Shown here: positions 27,015 through 28,031 of the stretch, piece by piece | How positions within the stretch are numbered: position 1 is the first letter of the stretch | Layout of the letters: every line of letters begins with the position of its first letter | Origin: a virus | Taxonomy: Duplodnaviria; Caudoviricetes | Virus record (IMG/VR): IMGVR_UViG_3300038974_000468 | Span: 1 to 28,031 of that record | DNA length: 28,031 nt | Direction: 5' to 3' (one strand) | The notes under the pieces: model-generated | What the model saw: only the letters and a program-made list of their open reading frames with translations | Database searches by the model: none | What the model was told of the DNA's origin: nothing | Position numbers and translations under genes: made by a program

Positions 27015-28031
27015 ATGAGTGCGCAAAATGTCAATAGCTTAATTGCTGAATTCGACCAAGAAGCTCTCGCTGCAAAAGAACGAATAACCAGTATTTTGAC
27101 GAAGATATCTAATGGGATGGTTCCGTCAAAAGAAGAAATGACAACCTTGGACACAGTGGTTTTTGCTTTACAAGAAAAGTATCATTTCATTTGCGAAGTC
27201 ACCAAGTCCCTTGTTTCTGCAGATGAAATGCCTCAAGAGAACAGCCCTGTGAGCAGCTATGCTGATGCCGTAGAGAAAAGTCAGGCAAATGTTCTCAAAA
27301 TGCATATTGCGAGCGCAAAAACGATATTAGAGAAATTTGTATGTGTGAAGTCCCTCGTGTCGGCATATGCCGAAGCATTGGCACCATTCCAAGCGGATGC
27401 AACAGCAGTTCTGCAGCAACTAACCACCTCTGATACTGATAGTATTGAAAAAATGTTATCTGCATCTGAAGCTCCAGGTGCTTTCATTGATGCGCTTAAT
27501 TCGGATAGCATTAATACTCCTGAGGGCATACGCTTGCTGGAAAAAGTAAGCCAGCATTATCCGCTGCAGGTGCAATGGGGACTTGTTGGCAAACAATATT
27601 TCCTAGACGAAAGCTGTGCTGTCGTTGATCATCACCATTCACTTGACCAACATGATGTTGCACCTGCCATAGGCAGTAGCGAAAATGAGCCTGTGCAACT
27701 GCTTGAAGCGAACACTGACGAAATTGCTATGGATCGTACATCTCCGTTATCCGATACCGAATCCGATAGTTCATCAAACAAAGGACAAGCCGGGGAAAGC
27801 ACAGCAGTCGATGACGCAAACGGAGAAGCCGAACAGCCAGAGTCGAATGGCTTTATCATTCATGCAAATAATAGAATAAAGACAGCTACGCCGAGTGCAA
27901 GTGCATTTCGGAAAGACATTATTAACATGTCACGCGCAAACCCTTCAATACGAGCTATATTGCCATTGATGACGAATCTTGGCGCACTCACACTAAATCA
28001 GGTCTTTCTCTTCGGCGGGTATATGAATTGT
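27015..28031 (+). CDS. Large hypothetical protein, 5' part (runs off window)
   Basis: GAGAGGA RBS, ATG 27015; manual translation is open for 339 codons (MSAQNVNSLIAEFDQEALAAKERI...); helical N-terminus, then an acidic low-complexity linker. Confidence 0.8.
   Translation, partial: MSAQNVNSLIAEFDQEALAAKERITSILTKISNGMVPSKEEMTTLDTVVFALQEKYHFICEVTKSLVSADEMPQENSPVSSYADAVEKSQANVLKMHIASAKTILEKFVCVKSLVSAYAEALAPFQADATAVLQQLTTSDTDSIEKMLSASEAPGAFIDALNSDSINTPEGIRLLEKVSQHYPLQVQWGLVGKQYFLDESCAVVDHHHSLDQHDVAPAIGSSENEPVQLLEANTDEIAMDRTSPLSDTESDSSSNKGQAGESTAVDDANGEAEQPESNGFIIHANNRIKTATPSASAFRKDIINMSRANPSIRAILPLMTNLGALTLNQVFLFGGYMNC

Overview
This window is from a Firmicutes (Clostridia-like) integrated phage-like element with an adjacent defence cluster. 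Reading leftward on the minus strand from ~19 kb: an ImmR/ImmA-type switch (XRE repressor + HExxH peptidase); two tiny ORFs each followed by a long RNA hairpin; a sigma-70 region-4 HTH protein; a replication module (interrupted SNF2 helicase with an inserted HNH gene, two hypothetical proteins, family-A DNA polymerase, DUF4406-like protein, primase-polymerase/ATPase, iteron-like origin, VRR-NUC nuclease); a RinA/ArpU-like late regulator; an HNH + P27 small terminase; SAM synthetase (metK) with two ParB-N/DNA methyltransferase paralogues; and cargo (RHH regulator, membrane GGDEF protein, hypotheticals). On the plus strand from 19.2 kb: a small XRE gene, a type I R-M system whose HsdM is fused in frame to a half (single-TRD) HsdS, HsdR, a frameshifted GmrSD-like (DUF262/DUF1524) gene, and the start of a large unknown ORF. 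The most unusual signals are (i) the helicase split both by a free-standing HNH gene and by a GGT-TAG-C 4-nt interruption exactly inside Walker A, which could be a translational hop, (ii) the M-halfS fusion and (iii) the structured-RNA/small-ORF leader. No integrase, large terminase or structural genes are in the window. Family assignments rest on motifs recognised by eye; no database searches were run.
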